Shown one piece after another: positions 49,806-57,803 of a stretch of DNA of 64,000 nt. This DNA is from Eubacteriales bacterium (GTDB lineage: Bacteria; Bacillota; Clostridia; Saccharofermentanales; Fastidiosipilaceae): contig JAUNVS010000001.1 of NCBI GenBank assembly GCA_030537565.1, positions 6,785-70,784 on the forward strand, in the 5' to 3' direction. The position numbers were made by a program, and so were the translations under genes. The notes under the pieces were generated by a model. The model saw only the letters and a list, made by a program, of their open reading frames with translations, was not told the DNA's origin and made no database searches. Within the stretch, counting starts at the first letter, position 1; every line of letters starts with the position of its first letter.

Positions 49806-51287
49806 TTAAATCCAGAAAAATTGACTCAGATGATTATATAGATAACCAAGCTGTCCCCCGGCATATTGGGCGAATAGTTCGGATAAGTCCTTTGCCTCGG
49901 AAGCTGAGGGTGCAGCACTAACTGAACCATCGGCCTCATCATCCCCGTCCGAGGCACCGATCGGATTCTCAGGTTCAATCTCACTGGGATCATCGCTCTG
50001 CTTCTCGCCCTTCGCAAAATATTTGAGGGCTTCCTGCAATTGAGTATCTTCATCTTCTGTCAAATCGCGAAGTGCTTTTGTGTGCGTCTCTTCTGGAAGT
50101 TCCGCTGGGATCGTCGGCACGAGCCCGAGTCCCTCGATGCACTCAGCCTTTGGCAAGAAGTAACGGAAGATCGTGATATTGACCGCCGACTGGTCGTCAA
50201 GGGTATACGAGATGGTTCCAGACCCCTTCCCATAGGTCTGCTCACCAATCACTGGCACGTTTAAGCGATCGCGCAGACAGCCTGTAAACAACTCAGCTGC
50301 ACTGGCTGTATTCTTATTGACCAAAACGGCATAGCGAAGGTCCTCGCTTAGCTTGCCATCATGCGTGCGCCACTTTTCCACATAGGCCTCGCCATCTCGA
50401 CGGCCATAAACCGCACAAATCGGCCCCTCATCAAGAAGTAGGTCGAGGCAGTTCTGTAGTGTCTCCGCCTCACCACCTGGATTATTTCGCATATCAAAGA
50501 CAATCTGACGAGCCCCGGCACGAAGCACCTTCTCCATCTCCGCCTTAAACTGAGGAAAGAGCGTCATCGTAAATTCACGAATCTCGATGACCGCAGTCTT
50601 CGTATCGAGCATACGACTCTTAACCTGGATCGCCTCGACTTTTCTTCGCTCAATCTTAAAACTCAGAGTCTTCTTCTCCGACGGTCGGTAGATTTCGAGT
50701 TCAACCGTTGTCCCTGCCTCCCCGCGGACACGGCGGGCGAGTTCGTTTGCATTCTTCAGCTCACTGACATCCTCGCCGTCCACCTTTAGGACGACATCCC
50801 CATCCAGCAAGCCCGCCTGCTCAGCAGGACTGTTCTCAATCGGCTCACTCAATTCAAAGCCGACACCCTCGATCAAACGCACGGTACAACCAATACCGAC
50901 ATACTCACCAGACATTTCTTCTTCGATCACCTGATGCTCTTCGGGCTCTAGGTAATAGGTATATTTACTATCCATACTATTGACGACACCCTTTGCCATC
51001 GCCTCAAAGAGTTCTGAACTCGATAGCTCCCGATAGTAATTATCTTTTAAACAGAAAAGTACCGACGATAATTTATTCGCCGAAGCCTCAGCAGACTCAT
51101 CCTGGTAATAGATATCAATCCCTAAATCGTCCGACGGTTTCTTAAACAAATCCGCCAGCAACATAGTGCGTGGTGCTTTCGATGCCTGGGTCACTGCTTC
51201 GACCGTCACCGAAGAGAGCAGAACACCGCTGAGAATAAGTGCCATAGTGGCTTGTCGTATTTTTTTAGAACGAAAGAATCGATTCAT
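49806..51287 (-). CDS. S41 family carboxy-terminal processing peptidase (PDZ domain)
   Basis: It has a signal or anchor segment, a PDZ region (SPAEQAGLLDGDVVLKVDG), and VFDMRNNPGG...NKNTASAAE catalytic regions. Confidence 0.85.
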   Translation of the reverse strand: MNRFFRSKKIRQATMALILSGVLLSSVTVEAVTQASKAPRTMLLADLFKKPSDDLGIDIYYQDESAEASANKLSSVLFCLKDNYYRELSSSELFEAMAKGVVNSMDSKYTYYLEPEEHQVIEEEMSGEYVGIGCTVRLIEGVGFELSEPIENSPAEQAGLLDGDVVLKVDGEDVSELKNANELARRVRGEAGTTVELEIYRPSEKKTLSFKIERRKVEAIQVKSRMLDTKTAVIEIREFTMTLFPQFKAEMEKVLRAGARQIVFDMRNNPGGEAETLQNCLDLLLDEGPICAVYGRRDGEAYVEKWRTHDGKLSEDLRYAVLVNKNTASAAELFTGCLRDRLNVPVIGEQTYGKGSGTISYTLDDQSAVNITIFRYFLPKAECIEGLGLVPTIPAELPEETHTKALRDLTEDEDTQLQEALKYFAKGEKQSDDPSEIEPENPIGASDGDDEADGSVSAAPSASEAKDLSELFAQYAGGQLGYLYNHLSQFFWI

Positions 51288-51481
51288 GTATACGCCTCTT
51301 TCCTAAATGTATTATCCATATTGACGCTCAGGCCAATACTTGGCAATGGATCCCTAATAGGCTTGCCTAAAAATTTTCCGAAAGTTCACAGCCCTCGGAG
51401 ACGCAGTCTGTAGAAGTCTTTATAATACTTTATTAGCTACTATATTTCCTTCATGAACTATGTACACGAAAGGAGTATGAG

Positions 51482-53458
51482 ATGAAAAACCTCGTACGAA
51501 AAAGCCTCACTGCACTGATGTGTGCATCGCTCTTGATGCCCCTCGCTGCAGTAGAACTGCAAGCCGACGAACCAGGCGATGCGGCAGTTGACGACGTAGC
51601 CAATGAAGAGGCCACTCCAAAAGTAACCCCAGAACCCGCTACGGACACCAGCATGGAGCTACCTACGATCGAAGCCCATGACTTAGTCTTACTCTACAGC
51701 AGTAACGTCCGCGGACAACTTGAAACCTACCCGAAGATGAAGGCACTTAAAGATCGCCTCACTGCCGAAGGCCAAGCCGTTATCACCCTCGATGCTGGGA
51801 ATTTTATGCAGGGGGATCCCCGACTCTCTCTTCATGACGGCGAAACGGCCTTTGAGATGATGAGACTTGCAGCCTATGACGTCGCCTGTCCCTGCAATCT
51901 GGAATTCGACCTCGGCTCCGAGACGCTTCTTGCTTTCGCAGAGGCCAATAATCTCAGTCTCGTGGCCTGCAATCTCACAAGCGAGACGGGCGAAGAGCTC
52001 CTTCGCCCTTATGTGATAAAAGAAGTCGCCGGTGAAAAAGTGGCGATTATCGGACTGATTGATCCCGCGACGCGAACAAAGGCTCATCCCCAAAAAACAC
52101 AGTCACTAAAATTCCTCACTGGTGAAGAGATGTACGAGGCCTGCCGCCAAGCCGTTAGCTCAGCACGTGAAGAGGGTGCTTCTCGGGTCGTTCTTCTCTC
52201 AAACCTTGGATTAAACGCCAACTCTAGTCCCAATCGACTGAGCGACGTTCTCGAGAATGTCTCTGGGATCGATCTCGCGATCGACTCAACCAGCGATTCT
52301 TCCGAAGCGGAAATCGCATCGACGCTCGACTCCGATCACATTAACGATACCCTCATCCTGTCAACGTCCGCGAATGAGAATTTGATCGGTGAAGTCAGTA
52401 TCCATCCTGATGCCACGGTCGAACACATTAAATTAACGATCGACCAAGTCACAGAAGCTGACAGCGCCGTTCAAGAGCGAATTAATGAAATCGAGGCTGA
52501 GGTGAATGATGAATACAGTGCGGTCCTCGGAACGAGTCAGGTCGAATTGTTCGGAGACTCCGCGAAGCTGGCTCCCTTTAGCGAAACCGCAGCTGGTCAG
52601 CTGATTGCCGATTCGATTCGCTGGAAGTTCAAACAAGCCGGGCAGGATTGTGATATTGCCCTCGTCAACAGTTCCGCCATCTGTGCTTCAATCCCAGCTG
52701 GAGAAGTTACGAAAAAAGACATTAAAGCCCTGCTCCCCTACCAAGATCAGCTAGTTCTGATCGAAGTTCAGGGTTCCGCTCTACTCGAAGCCCTCGAAGC
52801 AGCCAGTGCCGACGCTGACGCCTTTCCCCAAGTCTCAGGCCTGAAATTTAATTTCGATGCAGCCGTCCCATATGATGCAGGTGACTTCTACGATAATTCA
52901 AGCTACCGCAAACCTCAGTCGATCCAACGCATGACGCAGCCTGTCATCGAGCCAGCCGACGAAGACGCTGCCCCAATTGCACTTGATCCCACTAAGACCT
53001 ACCGGCTGGCGACGACGAGCTATCTCGCCAGTGGGGCTCTAAGTTATCACAGTCTCCGCGATGCCAAGATTATCCAAAAACTGGATCTCACGCTCTCCGA
53101 GCTTTTCACCGAATATTTCACTAGTGAAATCGGAGCCGTACTAACCAGTGCAAATCAAGTTGCTCAAACCGAAGCAGCAGTTGTTGCTCAACAAGCTCCT
53201 GCTGCTCAACAGATCGAATATGGCGACTACGCAGCAACAGCGACCATTGATCCACTCTCCACCTATACCCACGTTTGCTATCGCTGCAAGCTGACGAAAA
53301 AAGATGCCGAAGAACCCGTCCAGCCACCGGCTCCAGAGCCAGGCTCCCCAGAGGGAAACGAGCCAATCAATCCACCAGTGGACCCAAGTCCCGAGCCGGA
53401 ACCAGCTCCACCAGCGCCACCCGCACCACCAGTCGAAGCCGATACGGATTCCGAGTAG
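51482..53458 (+). CDS. Secreted 5'-nucleotidase/metallophosphoesterase-family homolog with degenerate metal-binding motifs and a Pro-rich tail
   Basis: The signal peptide is MKNLVRKSLTALMCASLLMPLAAV. Overall 5'-NT architecture is present, but the motifs read LYSSNVRG, DAGNFMQG, PCNLEFD, LSNLG and IDSTSDS. The C-terminus is a PEPxP-rich low-complexity tail. Confidence 0.7.
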   Translation: MKNLVRKSLTALMCASLLMPLAAVELQADEPGDAAVDDVANEEATPKVTPEPATDTSMELPTIEAHDLVLLYSSNVRGQLETYPKMKALKDRLTAEGQAVITLDAGNFMQGDPRLSLHDGETAFEMMRLAAYDVACPCNLEFDLGSETLLAFAEANNLSLVACNLTSETGEELLRPYVIKEVAGEKVAIIGLIDPATRTKAHPQKTQSLKFLTGEEMYEACRQAVSSAREEGASRVVLLSNLGLNANSSPNRLSDVLENVSGIDLAIDSTSDSSEAEIASTLDSDHINDTLILSTSANENLIGEVSIHPDATVEHIKLTIDQVTEADSAVQERINEIEAEVNDEYSAVLGTSQVELFGDSAKLAPFSETAAGQLIADSIRWKFKQAGQDCDIALVNSSAICASIPAGEVTKKDIKALLPYQDQLVLIEVQGSALLEALEAASADADAFPQVSGLKFNFDAAVPYDAGDFYDNSSYRKPQSIQRMTQPVIEPADEDAAPIALDPTKTYRLATTSYLASGALSYHSLRDAKIIQKLDLTLSELFTEYFTSEIGAVLTSANQVAQTEAAVVAQQAPAAQQIEYGDYAATATIDPLSTYTHVCYRCKLTKKDAEEPVQPPAPEPGSPEGNEPINPPVDPSPEPEPAPPAPPAPPVEADTDSE

Positions 53459-53481
53459 GAGCGCCGCCGATCATCTGTACA

Positions 53482-53528
53482 GAACCCCTCCAGCAGAGCT
53501 GAGCTTGTGGAGGGGTTCTTTCTTTTAT
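53482..53528 (+). terminator. Intrinsic terminator of the 5'-NT-like gene
   Basis: GAACCCCTCCA-N14-TGGAGGGGTTC followed by TTTCTTTTAT. Confidence 0.7.
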
Positions 53529-53560
53529 AAAAAAAGACGATCCTCAACTGAGGATCGTCT
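53527..53560 (-). terminator. Intrinsic terminator after the tRNA pair
   Basis: Minus strand reads AGACGATCCTC-AGTT-GAGGATCGTCT followed by TTTTTTTAT. Confidence 0.7.
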
Positions 53561-53562
53561 AA

Positions 53563-53634
53563 TGACCCGTAGGAGAATCGAACTCCTGTTTTCGCCGTGA
53601 AAGGGCGATGTCTTAACCGCTTGACCAACGGGCC
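53563..53634 (-). tRNA. tRNA-Glu (anticodon UUC)
   Basis: The reverse complement GGCCCGTTGGTCAAGCGGTTAAGACATCGCCCTTTCACGGCGAAAACAGGAGTTCGATTCTCCTACGGGTCA folds as a cloverleaf. Anticodon loop CTTTCAC and T-loop TTCGATT. No CCA is encoded. Confidence 0.9.
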
Positions 53635-53638
53635 GCAC

Positions 53639-53712
53639 TGGCGGTAATTGGACTCGAACCAATGACACTCCGGGTATGAACCGAATGCTCTAGCCAACTG
53701 AGCTATACCGCC
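53639..53712 (-). tRNA. tRNA-Met (anticodon CAU, elongator-like)
   Basis: The reverse complement GGCGGTATAGCTCAGTTGGCTAGAGCATTCGGTTCATACCCGGAGTGTCATTGGTTCGAGTCCAATTACCGCCA has acceptor GGCGGTA/TACCGCC and anticodon loop TTCATAC. It resembles Bacillus elongator tRNA-Met. A lysidine tRNA-Ile2 cannot be excluded from sequence alone. Confidence 0.85.
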
Positions 53713-53747
53713 GTAGCCAGCGGGCAATCCCCGCAAAGCGCTTGCGT

Positions 53748-53778
53748 ATAATAGCATATTAGCCCCAGGCCATGTCAA
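53748..53778 (-). promoter_or_regulatory. Possible promoter for the tRNA-Met/tRNA-Glu pair
   Basis: Minus strand reads TTGACA-19 nt-(TGc)TATTAT. The spacer is longer than optimal. Confidence 0.3.
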
Positions 53779-53826
53779 GCCTCAGAAACAAAATAATCGC
53801 GCCTTAAGCGGCAAAATTCAAAATAC

Positions 53827-53864
53827 AAAAAAAATGCGGTACCTCGCTAAGACGAAATACCGCA
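53827..53864 (-). terminator. Intrinsic terminator after rplL
   Basis: Minus strand reads TGCGGTA-N16-TACCGCA followed by TTTTTTTT. Confidence 0.65.
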
Positions 53865-53888
53865 AATGAAATCGCTGTTGAAATTAAA

Positions 53889-54266
53889 TTACTTAACTTC
53901 GACCTCAGCACCAGCTTCTTCAAGCTGCTTCTTGATCTCTTCGGCTTCTTCCTTCTCGACGTTTTCCTTAATCTTCGAAGGAGCCTCGTCGACGAGGGCT
54001 TTCGCTTCCTTAAGGCCAAGTCCCGTGATCTGACGGACAACCTTAATGACGTTGATCTTGGATGCGCCTGGGCTCTTAAGTGTGACGGTGAATTCCGTCT
54101 GCTCTTCGGCAGCCGCAGCACCAGCACCTGCACCAACGGCAGGACCAGCCATAACAGCGGCGCTAACGCCGAACTCTTCTTCGAGAGCATGGACGAGTTC
54201 GTTCAATTCGAGAACGGTCAGCTCTTTAACTTCATCGATAAACTTGGTGACTTTTTCGCTAGCCAT
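53889..54266 (-). CDS. rplL: 50S ribosomal protein bL12 (L7/L12)
   Basis: ...[26 protein letters not shown]... and [12 protein letters not shown]. Confidence 0.95.
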   Translation of the reverse strand: MASEKVTKFIDEVKELTVLELNELVHALEEEFGVSAAVMAGPAVGAGAGAAAAEEQTEFTVTLKSPGASKINVIKVVRQITGLGLKEAKALVDEAPSKIKENVEKEEAEEIKKQLEEAGAEVEVK

Positions 54267-54341
54267 GATTAGCCTCCTAATATTGAAATGAATGCGATTC
54301 TTCGCAATAAATTTCCGTACAACAGTGTTTCGTGAAGCGAC

Positions 54342-54956
54342 TTAGGCTTCCTCTACACTGTTTTCTTCTGCGCTGGCCTCAGGGGCAGCTGCTTCTGCTT
54401 CGCTCGTTTCATCCGACGACTTAGGGCCTTCGTAAACTCCAGCGGCGGTCTCACAGCCCTGCTCTTCACACTTATCGGCAATCGCCTTTAAGTAACAAGC
54501 AAGACCACGAATCGGCGATGATAATCCTCCGACGACTTGGGCATAGAGCACCTCGATATCGGGGACGTTTGCAAGTGCTTCTAACTCGGTAAGCGCCATC
54601 ACACGACCGTCTGTGGCACCACCCTTCATCGTCAGGGGTTCGTACTTATCCGCAAATTTCTTAAGAATTTTAGCGGGACCTACGGGATCCTGATCACTAA
54701 ACGCAATCGCTGTTGGACCGACGAAGAGAGACTCGAGCTCATCGAAGCCAGCTTCCTTAGCGGCGAGACGTCCGAGGGTGTTCTTAATAACCTTATAAGT
54801 TACACCGCCCTTACGCATCTCAGCACGAAGCTCCGTATCCTGTTCAACCGTCAGGCCGCGATACTCAGCGAGTACCATGGTCTGCGCAGACTTGAACTCC
54901 GAAGCGAGCTGTTTGACGATTTCTTGCTTCTCGGCAAGAACTTTTGGACTCGGCAT
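54342..54956 (-). CDS. rplJ: 50S ribosomal protein uL10 with an acidic C-terminal tail
   Basis: MPSPKVLAEKQEIVKQLASEFKSAQTMVLAEYRGLTVEQ. The ATG at 54956 follows AAGGAGGAATGG. About 30 extra acidic residues sit at the C-terminus. Confidence 0.9.
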   Translation of the reverse strand: MPSPKVLAEKQEIVKQLASEFKSAQTMVLAEYRGLTVEQDTELRAEMRKGGVTYKVIKNTLGRLAAKEAGFDELESLFVGPTAIAFSDQDPVGPAKILKKFADKYEPLTMKGGATDGRVMALTELEALANVPDIEVLYAQVVGGLSSPIRGLACYLKAIADKCEEQGCETAAGVYEGPKSSDETSEAEAAAPEASAEENSVEEA

Positions 54957-55091
54957 CAACCATTCCTCCTTACATAAAAAAACTCTCGTGCCTGATGACA
55001 AGAGAGCATGAAATAGTTGATTTCACATTCATTTCGTCACCTCGGTAGGCCATACGGTTACGTGCGGGGCACACCTACTGTCTTGGGCACG
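54957..55091 (-). promoter_or_regulatory. rplJ 5' leader with terminator-like hairpin (candidate L10-leader-type attenuator)
   Basis: The leader is about 135 nt. Just before the RBS, CUCUCUUG...CACGAGAG forms a hairpin followed by UUUUUUU. This position matches the L10 leader of Firmicutes, but I did not verify the structure against a covariance model. Confidence 0.45.
55045..55070 (-). terminator. Weak hairpin after rpsT
   Basis: AGCCUGAGC...GCUCAGCU forms a stem with one bulge, followed by a short U-tract (UUUC). Confidence 0.35.
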
Positions 55092-55097
55092 GCTGCT

Positions 55098-55125
55098 ATT
55101 TTACCAGCTTGACACATGCGGTCAA
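55098..55125 (-). promoter_or_regulatory. Sigma-70 promoter of rplJ-rplL
   Basis: Minus strand reads TTGACC-16 nt-(TGg)TAAAAT, an extended -10. Confidence 0.5.
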
Positions 55126-55184
55126 GGCAAAATAGCAATCTATTGAAAAGCTGAGCGCTTGGCTCAGGCTCTTCTAGCAAATGA

Positions 55185-55448
55185 TCAGGCCTTCGTTTTA
55201 TTCAAAGCCTTCTGCAAGCGGGACATGCGACGAGCCACCTGGTTCTTGTGCATATGACCACGAACAGCCATCTGCTGCAGGCGCTGCTGCGTCTCACGCA
55301 GGCTGGCCTCCGCATTCTCGCTGCCAGTTTCAATAGCAACACGAGCCTGCTTAACCATCGTTCTCAATTCGCTCTTCGCGCTCTTGTTGACAGCCGTCTT
55401 ACGAGCCGTGCTGCGCGTACGCTTGATTGCAGATTTAATATTAGGCAT
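55185..55448 (-). CDS. rpsT: 30S ribosomal protein bS20
   Basis: MPNIKSAIKRTRSTARKTAVNKSAKSELRT. Confidence 0.93.
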   Translation of the reverse strand: MPNIKSAIKRTRSTARKTAVNKSAKSELRTMVKQARVAIETGSENAEASLRETQQRLQQMAVRGHMHKNQVARRMSRLQKALNKTKA

Positions 55449-55516
55449 TACGAACTACCTCCTATACTTGGTGAACTCATGCATGATAACAAACTGAGTA
55501 AAGCCTGACAAGTTGT

Positions 55517-56062
55517 TCAGACCTTTAAGACCTGCGTGAATTCCAATTCGACTGGCGTCTCGCGTCCAAACATCGAAACGAGGACCGAGACCTTTTTCTT
55601 CTCAAAGTTAATTTCCGTAACTGTACCGACGAAACCATCAAGTGGTCCATTGATGATCTTAACCGCATCTCCCGTCTCATAGTCGATTTCTGGCACCCAA
55701 TCGGTTTCGAAGCCCATGATGGCGAGCTCTTCCTCTGTGAGTGGAATCGGTCTGGAGTTCGGTCCAACGAAGCTCGTGACACCACGGGTATTACGGACGA
55801 TATACCACATCTCGTCGGTCATAATCATATTGATTAGGACGTAACCGGGATAAATCTTCCGCTCACTATGATGACGCTTCCCATCGCGGATCTCGATAAC
55901 TTCCTCAGTTGGGACCTTTATCTCGAGAATGAAGTCCTCGATGCCCCGATTTTCGACGATCTGCTCGAGAGTCGCCTTTACCTTATTCTCATAACCAGAA
56001 TAAGTATGAACGACATACCAACGCGGCTCGTTCTGAACTTCTTCACCCATATATCTCGGCAT
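55517..56062 (-). CDS. nusG: Transcription termination/antitermination factor NusG
   Basis: RWYVVHTYSGYENKVKATLE is the NGN domain, and the C-terminal KOW reads GDAVKIINGPLDGFVGTVTEIN. Confidence 0.95.
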   Translation of the reverse strand: MPRYMGEEVQNEPRWYVVHTYSGYENKVKATLEQIVENRGIEDFILEIKVPTEEVIEIRDGKRHHSERKIYPGYVLINMIMTDEMWYIVRNTRGVTSFVGPNSRPIPLTEEELAIMGFETDWVPEIDYETGDAVKIINGPLDGFVGTVTEINFEKKKVSVLVSMFGRETPVELEFTQVLKV

Positions 56063-56090
56063 GCAAACCTCTCTTTCGCAAAAGCGACCC

Positions 56091-56120
56091 TAAAAGAAAA
56101 CCCCAGCGTCGCCTGGGGTT
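56091..56120 (-). terminator. Terminator-like hairpin between secE and nusG
   Basis: Minus strand reads AACCCCAG-GCGACG-CTGGGGTT followed by TTCTTTT. Confidence 0.5.
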
Positions 56121-56160
56121 GCTTCGTAAAGCTGACGCATGGACATCGGCCAAGCGATGC

Positions 56161-56553
56161 TTAGTTCGACGTCTCGCTAGCCTCACTCGGAGCCCCAGTC
56201 GTCGTCACAGCCGTGTCAGCGGACGTGCTCTCGCTCGTCTCTGACTCGGGGAGCTCGCTTGGCTCTGTAACTTCCACTGGATTCTGAACAGGAGGTGTCT
56301 GCTGACGCTTAACGCGGTTAAAACCTGCGAGGTTGAGGACGCCGACCATGAGACTGTCGACGACATAGACGAGGATGGCTACGCCAATCGAAATGGCCAA
56401 GACAGCCAAAGTCATCGACTGGAGACTCTTACGATCCGGCCATATGACGCGCTTCAACTCGGTGCGCAAGCCAGAAAAGAAAGACCCCATGCGCTGCGGC
56501 AGTGACTTCTTATCCTTCTCCGTCTTCTTGAGACTACGTTGCTCTTTTGCCAT
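56161..56553 (-). CDS. secE: Preprotein translocase subunit SecE with a long Ser/Thr/Glu-rich C-terminal tail
   Basis: RTELKRVIWPDRKSLQSMTLAVLAISIGVAILVYVVD is the SecE core. About 55 extra low-complexity residues follow it. Confidence 0.88.
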   Translation of the reverse strand: MAKEQRSLKKTEKDKKSLPQRMGSFFSGLRTELKRVIWPDRKSLQSMTLAVLAISIGVAILVYVVDSLMVGVLNLAGFNRVKRQQTPPVQNPVEVTEPSELPESETSESTSADTAVTTTGAPSEASETSN

Positions 56554-56581
56554 TTCAATTCCCTCCTAAAGGAAAAAGCGA

Positions 56582-56749
56582 CTAGCGGGTTTCCTTATGC
56601 TCGGTGTGAGTGCGGCAAAAAGGGCAGTACTTCTTAAGCGCGAGACGATCTTTTGTATTCGCCTTATTCTTCTTCGTCGCATAGTTGCGCTGCTTGCAAA
56701 CATCGCAAGCCAAAAGGATTTTTTCACGCATACCAGTTTTCTTCGCCAT
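56582..56749 (-). CDS. rpmG: 50S ribosomal protein bL33
   Basis: My own translation gives [55 protein letters not shown], with CxxC...CxxC. It is below the ORF-track cutoff. Confidence 0.92.
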   Translation of the reverse strand: MAKKTGMREKILLACDVCKQRNYATKKNKANTKDRLALKKYCPFCRTHTEHKETR

Positions 56750-56819
56750 GACCTAAGTCCTCCGTGAATAGCTATCGATCAAAATGAAGCCGATGCAAAT
56801 CAACTTCATGAAATCCATG

Positions 56820-56845
56820 CAAAAAAATGCTTGTCCTCGACAAGC
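56820..56845 (-). terminator. Hairpin plus U-run upstream of rpmG (hisE terminator or leader attenuator)
   Basis: Minus strand reads GCTTGTC-GAG-GACAAGC then A TTTTTTT. Confidence 0.4.
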
Positions 56846-56996
56846 GCCGTTAATAATAGCACGGTCTAAAGAGCTCAGTCAAGGCGATTGGACGCCCAAA
56901 TTCGCTCTACAGCTAATTAATAGACTCATATTCTAGCAGATTTTCAGATCCAAACATAGAGAATCCGAAAAATCGCCACCGAATCTAAGAGCTCGC

Positions 56997-57290
56997 TTAG
57001 CGCGTACCGCGCCGACCACGCATCACCGCTTCAAGATCTTCCAGTTTGAAGCCTTCCTCGACCATCAGGACGAGAAGATGGTAGACAACATCCCCGAGCC
57101 GCTCGATCGCATCCGCCTTATCTTCATTTTTCACAGCCAGAGCAAGCCCTGCCGACTGACTGATAAACTTCTTCAGAACCTGATCTTCGCCCTTTTCAAA
57201 GAGATAGCTCGAATAGGCACCTGAGACGGGATTATCCCGACGGTCTTCAATCACTGAATAGACTTCTGCCAAAATACTATTTAAATCCAT
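56997..57290 (-). CDS. Phosphoribosyl-ATP pyrophosphohydrolase-like (HisE/MazG-type all-alpha NTP-PPase)
   Basis: 97 aa. SYLFEKGEDQVLKKFISQSAGLALAVKNEDKADAIERLGDVVYHLLVLM matches the HisE pattern. Confidence 0.7.
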   Translation of the reverse strand: MDLNSILAEVYSVIEDRRDNPVSGAYSSYLFEKGEDQVLKKFISQSAGLALAVKNEDKADAIERLGDVVYHLLVLMVEEGFKLEDLEAVMRGRRGTR

Positions 57291-57338
57291 TTGATCCTAC
57301 TTTCATCTTTTGAGTCCAGCTGAACTCATTCCGAAGTT

Positions 57339-57803
57339 TTACTTGTGATAGGGTTCACCGTAGTGAATCTTAAAGGCCCGATAGATCTGTTCGAGGAGGA
57401 CAATCCGAAAAATCTGATGACTCATCGTCATCTTTCCCATCGAGACCAGGGCATCCGCCGACTGTCTCAGTGAATCATCGAGTCCGCGCGAACCACCGAT
57501 AATAAACGACAGCTGGGACTGGCCCTGTTCGAAGCCTTCGAATAATAATTCCGAAAAGTGCAGAGAATCCATCTGCTGTCCCCGTTCGTCCATTGCGATC
57601 ACATAGGACTTCGCAGGGACTTTAGCAATGATTCCAGCTGCCTCCTCCGCCTTAGCGCGTAAATCGGGAATCCGATCTGGGCAGTCTTTTATCTCCACGC
57701 AGTGAAAATCAACGTATCGGCCCAGTCGTTTGGCATACTCAGCATAGGCGTCACGCAGGTAGCGTTCCTTTAGTTGTCCCACGCAAATCAGGTCGAGACG
57801 CAT
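57339..57803 (-). CDS. rlmH: 23S rRNA (pseudouridine1915-N3)-methyltransferase
   Basis: SPOUT fold with ...ICVGQLKERYL... and the C-terminus SHQIFRIVLLEQIYRAFKI. The ATG overlaps the upstream stop (TGATG). Confidence 0.88.
   Translation of the reverse strand: MRLDLICVGQLKERYLRDAYAEYAKRLGRYVDFHCVEIKDCPDRIPDLRAKAEEAAGIIAKVPAKSYVIAMDERGQQMDSLHFSELLFEGFEQGQSQLSFIIGGSRGLDDSLRQSADALVSMGKMTMSHQIFRIVLLEQIYRAFKIHYGEPYHK

Noticed and set aside
53278-53778. 166-aa minus-strand ORF, plus the + ORFs 53275..53502 and 53304..53600
   Set aside because: They run straight through two tRNA genes and two terminators, so they are artefactual open frames.
53804-54190. 128-aa alternative-frame ORF within rplL
   Set aside because: It is on the same strand as bL12 but out of frame. 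It is basic low-complexity sequence, and the bL12 frame is canonical.
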